A stretch of DNA of 62,794 bases, filler included, from Sluysia triapertura (Eukaryota), in NCBI GenBank assembly GCA_046118255.1. It is 4 parts of 4 records of this genome, joined end to end, with 100 filler letters (N's around TTAATTAATTAA, not from the genome) between each part and the next. Parts side by side here need not be neighbours in the genome. Positions count along the whole stretch, not along the records: positions 1 to 17,213 come from JBJNIA010190719.1; positions 17,314 to 35,557 come from JBJNIA010164148.1; 2 more parts are not named here. One strand, 5' to 3'. Shown in pieces: positions 13,173 through 26,173 of this stretch. Positions within the stretch are counted from its first letter, which is position 1, and each line of letters begins with the position of its first letter. The position numbers were made by a program, and so were the translations under genes. The notes beneath the pieces are model-generated. The model had not been told where the DNA came from, made no database searches, and saw only the letters and a list, made by a program, of their open reading frames with translations.

Positions 13173-13606
13173 TGCCTTATAACTTCTGTCACGAGATCTA
13201 AAAATTAAGATTAATGTCAAAAAAGTACTAAAAAAGTCAATTTCACTCAAACAATTTGTACATAAATATAATATAAGTAAAATATTTATTTATCCTTCGT
13301 TCTAAATACTTAAGACAGCCTAAATAATAACATTCCTGATACACATCCAATATTGCCTTTAATAGCAATAACAAATAATGCAATTTCATTTCGTCATTTG
13401 TGCTCAATATCACTTATACTTGGCGATTTGGACAATTTCGGTATTCAATAAACGACATACTATTCTCCATTCCTTTTAAGTATTCCAAAACTCAAAATAC
13501 AAATCATTATTTTAATTTTCCTTTATTCTTAAAAAATCTCAGTGTAATTCCTTAAAATAAAATGGTGTACTATCGTCATCATTATACCATATAATAAAAA
13601 TAAAGA

Positions 13607-13670
13607 TAATAATAATAATAATATAATAATATTAATAATAATAATAATAATGATAATAATAATAATAATA
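13607..13670. repeat. (TAA)n microsatellite
   Basis: Imperfect TAA run seen directly. Confidence 0.9.
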
Positions 13671-14119
13671 AGCTTAAAACATGTCCACGACTTTCTAATT
13701 TATAATTAATTAAAATTATCAATATATTGATTTTTTTGTAAATATAAAATGCATTTTCAAAATGGCTAATAATTATAAAATGTTTACAAAATATTTTTAT
13801 ACTAAATGTCTTTTAGATAATGAAATTTTATTTGTCAATTACGATTTATCAACAATACTGTTTCATGGTTGTGTTTGGTTGTCATCACAACCCTATAAAA
13901 TAATGTAAAATGTAATATTTAATGTAATATTTAAAACTCTTTAAATATTAATTAAATCATATAAAATGCTTTAAAACTATTTATTAATCTTTAAAATTAC
14001 TTTAAGAATAATTTTCCAAAAAAGAAATTTTTTTTCGAAAAACTTCTTACCTTATCTTAAATAATTACATTGGTTGCCAAGAATAGAATTTAAAATCATT
14101 ACATTACAGAAGTCCTGGA

Positions 14120-14302
14120 TGAATATTTCAATGAGGCATAATAATCTATACAGAATCCACAGTGATAACAAGCTAAGTAATAGGTTTTATACCGTTTATG
14201 TCTCAAAAATATACAACCATTTAGCAGAGAATGTCAAATTACTGGAAGATCATGAAATATTTAAGAAAAAGCCAAAGTTCTTTCTGTTTCAGATATGTTA
14301 TG
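14120..14302 (+). mobile_element. Non-LTR retrotransposon (CR1/L2-like) ORF2 C-terminal fragment
   Basis: MRHNNLYRIHSDNKLSNRFYTVYVSKIYNHLAENVKLLEDHEIFKKKPKFFLFQICY fits the TR...L......K.YN.LP..IK.....FK..LK..L...Y tail typical of these LINEs. Confidence 0.7.
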
Positions 14303-17213
14303 GTGATATACTGCGGGGATGTATAAGTCGTAGAGAATGTTCAAAAATTACTGGTGCGAAAAGTTCCACAATTAAAATACTACAGGGTCATATGTGTCCC
14401 AAGACATTTTTTCAAAAACCATATCTTCTAAAAATATGAAATTATGTAAACATGTTCATTTACTTATTTACAGCACATTTAGTTCAATTATACGGAAATA
14501 TCTCATTGGCCAAAGTCGTATTGAAAGAGTTAAGTGCTTTTGAGTACTTATGCAGTATTATTTTTCGAAAAAAGAAAATTCGCTTCTAACAACAGAATAG
14601 ATTTTCATTAGCTGATGACTAATATATAAACTAACATCAGTTTAATGAAAATCGCCATTGTGGAAAATAAGTTTACTTCAATTTGCTGCACTGCGAGGAA
14701 TTGTGAGATTTTAGTAACGGTTCACAAATCACAGATATTCAAGACTTGGAAATTATCTACTGGATTTTTGCAGTTGAAATTTTATATTATTTTGTAAAGT
14801 TTTTTAAGTTCCAGATATATTGAGGGATAAAATAAAATAATCAATAATCAATAAAATAATTATTTTTATTTTCTTTATCTTATTACTATCGCCATTAAAA
14901 TTTTGTATTTTAGATAAAATTGATATTTTGTGTGGCTTAATAAATTATTAAAGTAATACTTTTAAGTAATTGTGCGACTCTAGTCATTTAACATGTGAAT
15001 TATTGGCTTATTTTGTTACAGAAACGCCCTTTTTACGACATAAGACGTTTATTGTAACCGGACCTTTCTCAAAAAATATTTTGCTGTTGGTTAAGAGTAA
15101 GAAAAACTGCAGCAGCTGTTTGAATTGTGTTCTAGTTTTAAAACAGAATAAATTATGATTCTGTTTGTTTTGTGTTCCTGAATTACCAGCACGATAGTTT
15201 CAGTGAATTTGTAAAAATTTATAGAAATAAATCTGACATTTATTCCAAATATAAATCTGATTTGAAAAACCAGCAAGAAAATTCAGATAATTAAGATCAA
15301 TTTTTTAATGAAATTATAGAACTAAAGAAATGTATATGTCAATACTTAAACACAAATGATGATATCTGCGTAATATGCATAAATGATGTGATTTGAAACA
15401 TCTTAATTCAAACGCTAAACAATTGTATCGAATGTATAAATAAATCATATTTTGTATGTTATGCTTAGTACTAATTATTTGACTTATAAGTTTGGTGAAT
15501 CATTGCCTAGAGTTTAGTTACATATACTTTTTACAGGTCAATATGATATTGGAATATCATGTAGCAAGAAACGGCTTTAATTATTTACATTATCTTGAAA
15601 TGTACTTTTTCGGATGACCTGAATTAGACCTTAAAGTATACTTTTGCCTCAAAAAATAAAATTATTATCTTTAAGAGTTAAAAAATAGATATTTATTTAT
15701 TTATTTTAATTTAATTTATTAAATTAAATTATTTTAATTTAATTTGCAAAACTTATCGGTATTTAAAATTTAACCCATACAGTTGTGAAGTATTTATTAT
15801 TATGAGTTTTTTAACTCGTCTCTTGTTGGTTGAGATAAACCTGCCCTATGCAGGATGGAATCAAATTACGTATGGAACTATAAACTAAAGATTCTTACTA
15901 AGCGCAACAAAATTTACAACAAATAAGTTAATTTTAAAAGTTATTTTAATTTAGATTATTTAATTTTTATCTTGGTTATCCTCTCAGAATTCACGTGATC
16001 ACCAAAACTGTAATAATGAAACTGCTTTTACTTTTTTCCTTCTTCAAGAATTATAGCCAATAATTCCACAATTTCCATTACATAGCATCTTCACTATAAT
16101 AAGCTTCCCTTTATTTCAATATATTACTGTCTAACCAATTTAGTTCTATACTAGCTTATATGTGTTGGATCTTATGTTGTGGCTATGTAGTTTTCTTTAT
16201 AATATACTTTATATTATAATTCTAACTATATACCTTATTAAATTATATCCACTTGAATTTGATCCTTGATGTTTTCTAGATATTTATTAAGTGTGATGAA
16301 GTCTTACTTTATTCCTTCTGTTTGTTTAATAATTTCCAATTGCTACCTTGCTGTTTAATGTATTTCCGCGTACTTTTTGATATTTATGAAGATGTGTTTC
16401 AGTTTTTAACCATTTTCTCATACTTTTAACAATGAATTTTCGTTTTTATTTAAATATTATAAAGTAAGTGTAATATAATTTCACATTATTTATTTAAATT
16501 TTTTTATTGAAATTTTTCATTTTACAACAGAAAAAGGACATCTTAGATTAGGTTTTTAAAAAGATAATTATAGTAGAACATAATGAAATGTATTTCATAT
16601 TTTAAATATGTTAATTTCTTGTAAATTCGTTTCGAGTTTTATTCAAAAATCAAAAAAAAATCTTTTGATTCTGATTAATAAAATAATGAAACATTAATGA
16701 ATATTTATCAATGAAATAAGAAATATTTATCAATGAGAATATTGATCAATGAAATAAGACTAAAACTAATAATTCTAGTTAATTTATCAATAAATTTTTA
16801 ATATTAATTGTTACTATTGTTATTACTTCTGTTGCTATTTTTATTGTAATCAATGAAATTATTATTAGATGTAAAACCTTATTATTTCCTGCTTTTCTAA
16901 AAATTAATCATACAATTTTATCGATTTATTTGTTTTTGTGAAATAAAGTTTTTACTTATTATTTGTCTATAACGAAAGCTTAATTTAATACTAAAAAATG
17001 AAATTTATTTATTAAGTTAAATAAATTACTAAATTTGTATTTGTTAGAAATACACATTTCTGTGGCACATTACTTTATTTTCAGTGTAATATTTATCGTT
17101 AGCATATTGAATTTTTAACCTTAAGATCGTTAAATTTTATAAAACTAGTTTATACTTAGTCTCTATATTGTGGAGATAAGTGCAAATTGTTTTATTAAAT
17201 TCAGTTTCGAATA

Positions 17214-17313
17214 NNNNNNNNNNNNNNNNNNNNNNNNNNNNNNNNNNNNNNNNNNNNTTAATTAATTAANNNNNNNNNNNNNNNNNNNNNNNNNNNNNNN
17301 NNNNNNNNNNNNN
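17214..17313. other. Artificial contig linker / gap (N44-TTAATTAATTAA-N44)
   Basis: Ns flank a spacer with stops in all six frames; identical at three places in the window. Confidence 0.98.
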
Positions 17314-17425
17314 ACAACAGTTTGTACATATTTAATTTGTAGTAAATTGTGTTATCACATTCTACATGAATAAAATTTCTGTATGTTTTGAATCTTCGTA
17401 TTTTTATCTATTATTTTACTTTCAG

Positions 17426-18350
17426 TAGAATTTTTGGAGAAAGTAGTTATTTTCCAACATTTTACATTTTCCGCGACAATGTTTTTATACACGTTTGATT
17501 AATAGTTTCATAGTATCCTTGAAAAATGTTGAATTTTATCACAAAACGGTCTTCTTTAGTCTAATAATTTGATCACCACTGTAGATGTAGTTGCAACACT
17601 ATTGCATTTATAAACAAATCACTTCATATTTTATGTCTGGTCAATTTCGTTACTTAGTAATTTTTGTGATTGTGTAGTCAATTTCTCCTATATAATGATT
17701 ACAGTTCTAGCTGTGAAATTTTATCCAACTGCATTCACTCTGTTAGCTAGTATTCATTTATGCTTTCTTTAATGTTTTAGTAGTGTTAAGGTCAATGAAA
17801 AATTGTTTTCGTAACTAATTATGTTTGATCTATTCTTGACTGCATAATCTCGAGAATATTTTGTTTTTTGATGTTTTTGAAAGTACTTTTTGAGATTTTT
17901 TATTTAGAATTATATTTTATTTTTTTATTATTAATTCATTTTCAATCAATAATAAATTTATTCGCTATAACAAAATAAATTGATTTTGTAAATAATATAT
18001 TTTGTTGTGAAATAATTATGTACTATTAACGGATCTAATGAATATAATTGTTAAGAGTCGGTTACTTTGACAAAAATGGTGTTTCAATAGGGTTCATGCT
18101 CACGCTGTATGCATTTTTATATTTACATTTTGATATTATTGTTTTATCTTACAAATACTTTTTGATGTTACTGCAAGTATTTTTCGAAATATTTCTTTAA
18201 TAAATTGACAGTCAAATTTTTCCATTTTGTTGTATTCAACTTACAGATGATTTCCAAATTTGTTTACTTTTTGAAAAATGCAGAGTCTACTATAAACAAG
18301 ATTGATTGATATGTGTAAACTGTGCTATAACATTGTGTAGTGTCTAAACA
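17426..18350 (+). pseudogene. mio/MIOS-like remnant (copy I, C-terminal half)
   Basis: Against MIOS: NVEFYHKTVFFS (KVAVRDRVAFAC), LQHY..FMSGQFRYLVI (LNRY..EAGNLEGILL), FYPTAF (DVQTAS), SCSRC, and FEKCR...ID*YV..HCVVS (CHNCR...LSWF..ECPVS). Heavily decayed. Confidence 0.4.
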
Positions 18351-19038
18351 ATAAATTAATTTTATAATATTTGATATTATAAAGCGATATTAGTGGATAA
18401 TGTAGAAAGAAATAATTAAATTTGAATTAACATGAATTTACCATGTTTATTGTTATTTTATGAATTGTACTTTTATTTAGATAATATTCGACCTTCAAAT
18501 ATTCAAGATAGTACTGGAACGAGGCAGAAAAGTAAATTTTTTAATTACAATATTTCATTGTTAATATTAACGCCTGAGAAATTTTTGAATAATCAGATAT
18601 ATGCTGAAGGTAAAGATAAAATCAATGGTTTCTGGAATATCTTCTAATGAACTAATATATTAATAAAAATGACTCTACTCGAATAGATTTATTTGACTGA
18701 AGTTGAAACATACTGTTTTTGATCGGAATCGTTCTGAAGTTCATTAAAACTTTCAAAGAAGGCTAGAAATCTATATTCCATACGTGCAGCACAAATATAA
18801 GAAAATGCATATGTTAATGCTTCGGATCTAGGAAATAGAGAAATATTACTTAGTCGTGATAATCAAAATGCTAATCTCATATGTTCTCTTCAATAACAGA
18901 ATTTCTTTCTTTAAAATAAATATTTTCATATTTTTACAATGTACTATTATGTCCTTGTAATAATAGTAAATATATGAGTGTTTGAAAATGCGATAAATTC
19001 TCATTGCTCATAGCTTCGTAATATGCTATTTTGTTTAG

Positions 19039-19521
19039 ATTTCCAATATATAGGAGTGTTGGATTGTGTTAAAGAATTCGCAGAACTGATTCACGAAAAT
19101 AAGAGATTGTTCCTTCAAATGCGTGATGCTTCAGTTAGTCATGTGGAAGAAGCTCGGTGGAATGAAATTCACGACCTCTTGCCATTTCCAAAATATCAAC
19201 ATCCGTATAGGTTAGTAATCGACATTGGGAGAAAACACATTTAAGAACTAGCAAATAATTTTACATTGCTTTTTATTTTCATTGTAATATATTCTTTTAA
19301 ATTTGCATTTCCATTTTTATGTGTCTGCTGCGTTTTACAGATTGAAGTCGCTGCAGAGAATCTGAAGTAAGCTGCTGGCATTGCCGTTATCCTTATTTTG
19401 AAAATATAATTATGAAAATAGTGCTGTTATAAGTTATAAATATGATTAAGAACCTTGTGGTGAAGTAGTAAATGAAAATTATAGGTGTATAAGCAGTCCT
19501 GCAACATTACATAACTCAGAG
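19039..19521 (+). pseudogene. Two spliced exons encoding a Myb/SANT-like (MADF/MSANTD-type) domain, with stops
   Basis: Exon 19039-19210 (ttag|...|gttagt) reads DFQYIGVLDCVKEFAELIHENKRLFLQMRDASVSHVEEARWNEIHDLLPFPKYQHPYR. It joins in frame to the exon from 19341, LKSLQRI*SKL. Pattern LI.....L...D.....W..I.......R....L...W..L with TGG>TGA. Confidence 0.5.
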
Positions 19522-20012
19522 GTATGTCTGCTGTTTCTGTGAACCCTAATAAGTTGTGCTTTTAAAATTTTGATTTACAAGGGCACGATCAAACATAGGA
19601 TAACATTTAATTACCATTACAAATTTGTAAAACATCTCATAGATGTGAAATCGATTAAACTTATCAGACTTCGATTTATTACGACGCGGCGCGACTTTGT
19701 TTTTATCGAGTGTTTTACTGTGTTTAATCAGCGATAATTTGAATTTATTTCATCGGTTCCTGAACTGTGCAAAATCTGGTGTGGACTGCGGCATGTGCAT
19801 TCTAGATCATTTTTTGAATTATATTTTATTTGTACACATTGCTGTGGTTTTCCTTAAATTTAAACCTAAGGAAAAATAAAAAATTAAGCGGACTCGTTCG
19901 GCTATAGTAAACGACTTACAACGTAGAGAAGGTGTGGCTGTAACTACGTGTGAGTAAATCTAAAAGAATTGTTATGCATGAGTGTCTTATCAATCTAAAT
20001 CCCAACTTTTAT

Positions 20013-20015
<3 letters not shown>

Positions 20016-20091
<76 letters not shown>
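20016..20091. repeat. (TAA)n microsatellite
   Basis: About 25 perfect TAA units. Confidence 0.95.
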
Positions 20092-20093
<2 letters not shown>

Positions 20094-21758
20094 GAAATGT
20101 AAACTTTTTATTAACAAATATCAAATATTTACAGAATATAAGATATTAAATTTGATTTCATTTTAAAAAATCAAATTTAAAATTAAAATTCGAATGAATA
20201 TTTAATTTATCACTGAATTTAAATTAAAATATATAAGAAAATGTATAATATTTTATGAAAGTCGGATTAAAATAATAAATTTCATTATTGCTTTTAAAAA
20301 TTAAATATCTTTGAATATAAAATAATGAATAAAAATTAACGAGGCCGAATTTATTTTTAGCTATAAACGAAATCAAACATATTGAGAAACCGACGTTATA
20401 AAAGATGTATGAAAAATAATAAATGTTAATAATATAATTTGAATGAATTACTTGCTTATATAAGTTGTACGAGTTGCTAACAGACTTTACTTTAACAACT
20501 GAACGATTCGAGATAAACAGAAGTGCTAAAATATAGATTGGTCGGATACTGTTATTTTTCCATGTTGGTAATAGAATTCTATCACGACGGCTGTTTTAAA
20601 AATTTGTTTATGGACGCATACATTGTTCGTAAATCGAAACTTGTCATAGATCTCGTTGACCTTTTCACTCGAAACTAGTATCTCTTCATATAAATAGCTT
20701 GCTTTACTAATATGAACATTAATTCTACTTGATTTAATCATTTCATACGATGGCTCTGATTTATTGACGTAAACATTATTTAAGTTAGACATGTTACTTT
20801 TGGTCAACTTGATGAATATTTCATTAAACTTCATGTTACGAAGACGAGATTCCACGTGAAGAGTTGTTCAACAAAAATTGTGTTTTTTGCTATTGTGAAA
20901 ATTATTGAAATGTTATTACTATTTATGTCTAATGGAATGACCTTGTGGTCATTTAAACAAAAGTTAAATATTTTAAACAAATATTAAATATTTTAAACAA
21001 ATATTAAATATTTTAAACAAATAAAAATAAAAATAAAATAAATAATGTAATAATTAAAAATAATTAAAATATCCTTACATTTAAAATGAAATTCGAATAT
21101 ATTATTTCCAGAATATTGATTTTTTTTAAAATACATTTCATATATTAACACATATTAATTCATGTATTTATTTATAGCTCATTAAATATTGATTTAAATA
21201 TTAAATATTGTTTAAATATTGATTTATTTTTAAAATACATTTCATAAGCTCATTGTATGTGTATGTTTAACATATAAAACAAACTTCTAAAGTGTAATAT
21301 TTTCTCTAAATTGATTATTTTTGTGGTACGGAATAGAAATTCGACGATGAATACAAGTTAATGTGAAGTTAGTGAAGGTTATAAAGTATTCGAAAAAACG
21401 TAGTCGCCTTGCATTATCTTGAATGAATATGTTCTAGGTGATGTAATGTTGTAAGAAGTGTGTAATAAAGGTTGAAGTTGTATAATATTTCATTTATATT
21501 GGTGCAACAAAATTGTGAATTTGATTTTGAGCGACCACAATTGTGTAGATGGAAATATTACTTTTGTGATTTTGTAGAGACTCATCGACGAGTGTTTGAT
21601 AAAGTATGAAGAAATACATGGTGCATGCGATAATTATAAAACAGCTGAAGAAGAAAAGAATGAATTGTTTCAGAAATAATCTAGAAAATGAGATGTTTTT
21701 ACTAAAATATGTGCAGGTATTGACAATCAATGAAATCTTCATAAATTTTTATCACCAG

Positions 21759-22116
21759 CTTAATTATATGGCTAACAGTTTGAGGACCAACTCCATATTC
21801 TTTCGACAGTTTCGATGTGGATTTACCCTATTCACTCATTCCAATTAACTGAAGTTTTTGTTTCACAGTCAGTACGACTCTTTTGCGATTATTTGACATT
21901 GCGATAGGGTACTTTTCTAAAGTAATTTAAAATTTTAAAAAAATCTAATTTTAATTATCATAAGGTATTTTAAAGCTAAAGAAAAATAAACAATACGTAC
22001 TGGTAAATCAATAGAAAATCAATAAAATGAAAATTGTACTTAAAATAATTGATGCGTATTTATTTAAACAATTATGCATTTTCTAAATATTATCCACGGA
22101 TAATCGGAGTTTACTG
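21759..22116 (-). mobile_element. pogo/Tigger DNA transposon, 5' remnant
   Basis: Minus strand: TA + TIR CAGTAAACTCCGATTATCCG at 22116. ORF from ATG 21899 reads MSNNRKRVVLTVKQKLQLIGMSE*GKSTSKLSKEYGVGPQTVSHIIK, a CENP-B-type N-terminal HTH of Tigger/jerky transposases. Confidence 0.85.
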
Positions 22117-22509
22117 TAAATATTACTCGAGTTTAACTCGTATTTCGTGTAACATCTATTTATACTTAGTTCTGAATTCATCTCTGACAATAGAGATGGC
22201 ATTGCAAATTTTAGTAGAACAATAATTTACTCCGTTCTATTTTAATAAAATCATATTTTTCGTTATTCATGTGCTACTGTCTGACCTTATCGATTAATTT
22301 ATTTAATAATTAATCAGATATTCTTTTACATTATTAAATTATTATAGATATATTTCATTTAAGATTATTAAGATGTTTTACGATAATGTTGATGGTCAAC
22401 CAGATACTCTATCACCGTTATTTTCACCACCCTATAAATTTATTCAAAAATCGTGAATCGTACGAACAGAAACGTTTTATGTTAAATTTGAAAGATGTTT
22501 ACGATATGC

Positions 22510-22582
22510 TAGACTTCATAAAATGAACTGACAGAAAATCGATCTCGAACTCTCTCGCTTTACAGTTCGATGCTCTACATTC
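22510..22582 (-). repeat. Degenerate copy of the tRNA-Cys-like repeat
   Basis: Reverse complement gtagagcatcgaactgtaaagcgagagagttcgagatcgat...cattttatgaagtcta matches 61040-61108. Confidence 0.75.
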
Positions 22583-23026
22583 CGACAATTATACTTATTC
22601 AATATTAAATATTTGATGAAATGCAATAAGAATTTATATTTATATCAAATCACGGAAGATTAAGAATTTGTTTTTAATTTGTGAGTTCGATTTAAATTGG
22701 GAATATTATTAGATAATGATCGAATTAGTCTTAAAACAATCGAATATAGCAGCTGATAATATATATATATATATATTTCTGAATTTAGAGATCGAATATT
22801 CCTTGTTTGTGGATGGTCGTTTAATAAATCACCAATGTATTTAAGAAAATATTTAGAAGAGTTGGTTTTATTTGATATTTATTTTTAAATAATTTAAGAA
22901 TAAACAGATAGGTTATATTTACTTCTATTTCATGTTTTCAGAATTAATGATAAAGAAAGAGCATCGGCTATTGCTATGGTTACATTAAATTTCGAAGCTT
23001 CATTGCAATATTTAAGGCGTTCAGGT

Positions 23027-23034
23027 ATTATTAC

Positions 23035-23092
<58 letters not shown>
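23027..23092. repeat. (TTA)n microsatellite at an intron 5' end
   Basis: Seen directly; explains the poly-Ile ORF 22930-23151. Confidence 0.95.
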
Positions 23093-23094
<2 letters not shown>

Positions 23095-26000
23095 ATAATA
23101 AAATAATTTCATGTTGTAACGATCAGAATTAATCAATAAATTATAAATCAACAGTCATATCACACCCCAATTCATAAGTATTATAAGCATAGTGCAGTAG
23201 GAACTAACAAAAAATAAAAGCGTTTCGTAAATGGAAAGAAATTCGAGCTTGTAAATATTATACCTGGATAAAAAGGATCGCGAACGGTTCATATGTCTGA
23301 ACAATAAATTACCGCAATCATGTTTGTAAACATACTTATTTGGAGAGCTTGCAGAAGTTGGTAACACAGTATTCACATTTTCAGAAACAGAAATAAGACT
23401 CAGAAGATATTGTCGAGTAATTTTAGAAGTTCAGAAAATGATCAATAATAAAAATCCATGAAGCTACTTACAATGGCTTGTCGCTTAATGAAATGACAAT
23501 TTAGAAACTAGTAATGAAACTGCGAATGTGGGTGGTCTGAACAGATTTCAAAAATGTGCTAGGTGTAAGAAGGTAGCTTGACAAGGTATCAGTTTCGTGC
23601 TTCCTCGTTAGAATGAGAATTTACACGAGCAGGCTCTAATTTGATTTTGTATTAATCTTTGACGGCATTCAATCATATTCTTCTTTAATTCACACTGTAC
23701 TTTCAAATTTTAAATTGCTACTACTACTACTACTACTACTATCACTATTATTGCTACCACTACTATTATTATTATTTTGCTTTTATGTTATGTCGAAATA
23801 TTTTGCTTTGTTTTATATGTCTTAGGTGGGCTCTTTATGTTACTGGACTCACTAAAGGGCCAGCATATAGATTTGCAGCATGAAGAGAAAAGAAAATAGG
23901 AGGTCGATAATGTGTCACTTTTTCAAAATTTTTATATGCAATTTTTGGTTTACCCGAAACTCAATAAATGTATTTGTTTATAAATGTATTTATGAATAAA
24001 TTAATCATGTGATAAACTTCAACAGGGTTAATTAATAAATCAACGTATAACAAGATTAATTAATCATAAATTTCAGCAACGTATATAAAAACTTAAGTGC
24101 TATCAAAAAGGCAATAATTTAAATTATAGTAATAATAATTAATTTGATCTTATTATTAAAACAATAATAATGTATGTTCTTTATTATAATTTATTTTAGT
24201 TGTGATTTTATTGATTTTTTATTAAAGAAATAAAACTTAAAATGACTAACGAAAATTTAAAAAATAATCTGCAAAAACAATTGATCAATAATCGATTCAA
24301 CCAACAAAATAATTTCTTCAATGAAAAAATAGATACTTCGATAAAATCAATTGATTAAACTATAACTTATAACTAAATTTTTTTAATCACTAAAATTAAT
24401 GAAGATTTAAAATTAATGATCTTTAGCGATTCAGTTTCGCTATTTATAGATTTTTGAATGTTTATTTTTAGTAAATCTATTTTTAAATTAACTAATTTAA
24501 TGATTTGAACAAATAATAATATTTTCATAATTAATAATAATATTACAATAAAAATGAGTTCGATAATTTAATAATTTCAATAATAATAATTAATAATAAT
24601 TTTTTAATATTAATACTTATAATATTACAAATTATAATATTTTAAATTACATATTTTACAAATTTTAATAAATTTCAAATTACAAATTTTACATTTACAA
24701 TTATTACTATTACTGCGTTGCTGTTACTATAGCAACAACAACAACTACTATTACTACTACTTTGATAATCTTTGATAAACATTGATTCATATTCTTCTTT
24801 AATGCACACAGTACTTTCAAATTTAGAAATTAAAATTTTCAAAAGTTTTAACCAATACATTTTTATTTACAATAACATTCTTTTGTAAGGACTTTAATGT
24901 GGATTGAAAACGTTTTACTTAATCATTCTCTAATTCGTCATCATTTTCGGGCTCTTGGGCTAGTTCTAAACTTAACAATATTTGCTTTTATGATTGGTTT
25001 TAATTTAGACATTGTGGACACAAGATTTATAACTTCCATTCTCGATGGGATGTTTGTTGAAGAACTTCGTTGAACGTTTATCATTGTGTTGTTTTCTTTC
25101 TTTGAATTACTGGCTTTCCTCTGTGGGAAATGGGAATTTCTTAGTCTGAACTGGAACAATTAACATGCGCGCTCGTGATAATTCGAGTGGATCGTTTTAT
25201 TGATATTTATTTTTTTAAAGTATGAATGAATTTTTCTGATAAAAGTATGTTTCTTTCGAAAAAGAAAGTGATAAAAATCGATGTTTGTGAAAGATTGCAA
25301 TATTCGATTCTTACCTGCAATGTGGATCAAAATCCAAAATTACAATTACAATTTTGATTGTTTTTTTATTTTTTACCAAAAAAAGGTTCTAAAATGTGTT
25401 TTCTTAAATAAAACAATTTTTTTCCAGTTTTTTTCAAAAAAGTTTGCGTTAAGAGGTTAATGTTACATATTATTGAAATTAGTAACAAAAGCGCAAATAG
25501 TGAATGAACACAACATTGGCAGAATAAATATTACAATGATTCTGGATAGTAGAATTCTAAAAGTTTTTTTCCAATGTTTCCAAGTACCTATCACAAGAAT
25601 TATCGAGACAGGACTTATATTAATTTTCACTACAAAAAATGACACGAGAGTGTCCTATTTTCACCTATAGGAAAACAAAGTTACAAAGTAGAGAGAATTA
25701 TGAAATTTCTAAATATATAAAAAACATGAAAACTGATCCACATTTACTAATGAATAACACGTTTTATGTTTAAAAACACTACTAACTATATATCATTCAA
25801 ACATGTTTCGTTATTTTAAGTCATTCTCGTGGATAATATTGTGCGGCAAAGGAGAAATGTTGTGATAATAAAATCTTACTTGGAGGATGGTCTGAAAGTG
25901 AATCACAATCAGAATCTTGTTATAGTGTCAGTCACAGTCAGTAAGTGACCAGAATGCTTTGACAGTGAAAGTAACTCAAAATTTATTGTAATTTAAAGCA

Positions 26001-26116
26001 AATGGTATGTTAAAGAATGCACATTTACTTTTATTATCTATCAACCGGAGTTTATTTTAGGGGTAGGTCCTAAAATAAAATCGTCCTGAAAATCGGGGAA
26101 ACATGGTAGTAATCAC

Positions 26117-26172
<56 letters not shown>
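26117..26172. repeat. (AAT)n microsatellite
   Basis: Seen directly. Confidence 0.95.

Positions 26173-26173
<1 letters not shown>

Larger units (their letters stand above)
7265..15620 (+). pseudogene. mio: mio/MIOS-like pseudogene (copy C), near full length, split by large insertions
   Basis: Colinear remnants against MIOS: VNII*REVCDLR (7270; PDILWAPHHVDR), KYLKAII (8230; PYMKCVAW), ITLIIWKL..SFDKF (8380-8455; CNTLAWNP..GLDKH), NPRPEFRCHGA* (8780; KPLYELGQNDAC), VKVSPDVDELLINF (9020 exon; VTVDPYFHDRVASF), LLSIPKL (13480, matches copy G), TFIVTGPFS (15045; GILLTGLT), and CVIC..NCIECINKSYFVC (15370-15460; CNFC..SCPGCRKPLPRC). Many stops and frameshifts. Confidence 0.55.
19510..25130 (+). pseudogene. 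mio: mio/MIOS-like pseudogene (copy A), near full length
   Basis: Against MIOS: EFISSVPELCK/NLVW (19741; EFVPKHARQCNTLAW) and FLWYGIEIRR*IQV..YKVFEK (21320-21400; FAWHPTSQNRMIVV..FTVFER). Spliced exons 22789-22860 and 22942-23024 read DRIFLVCGWSFNKSPMYLRKYLEEINDKERASAIAMVTLNFEASLQYL (RILALQLCGW...ERAAAVALFNLDIRRAIQIL). Further: FKNVLG..DKVSVSCFL (23550-23610; YDGVLY..DRVAFACKFL), ALYVTGLTK (23830; GILLTGLTK), MWIEN...HFRA (24897; YWIEN...HKRA), HCGHKI (FCGKSI). Confidence 0.75.

Noticed and set aside
15830-16420. Possible minus-strand LINE remnant
   Set aside because: Purine-rich coding-like skew but no recognisable RT or endonuclease motif.
17258-17269. TTAATTAATTAA palindrome within N runs (also near 35602 and 50629)
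   Set aside because: Artificial six-frame-stop linker, not biological.
20526-20855. 109-aa minus-strand ORF
   Set aside because: No recognisable motif. The plus strand here shows decayed MIOS WD40 similarity, so the ORF is probably an antisense shadow.
22930-23151. Poly-Ile ORF (likewise poly-Leu/Thr ORFs at 26113-26301 and 27355-27543)
   Set aside because: Translations of trinucleotide microsatellites.
23150-23380. Possible Mutator-like transposase fragment (PIHKYYKH..AFRKWKE..KY..NHVCK)
   Set aside because: The diagnostic GDGDS motif is absent and similarity is too weak. The adjacent 23385-23640 is better explained as a mio-like exon.
25441-25460. piggyBac-like end (GCGTTAAGAGG-TTAA); similar at 14521-14533
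   Set aside because: No matching opposite TIR found, so the element boundaries are unsupported.
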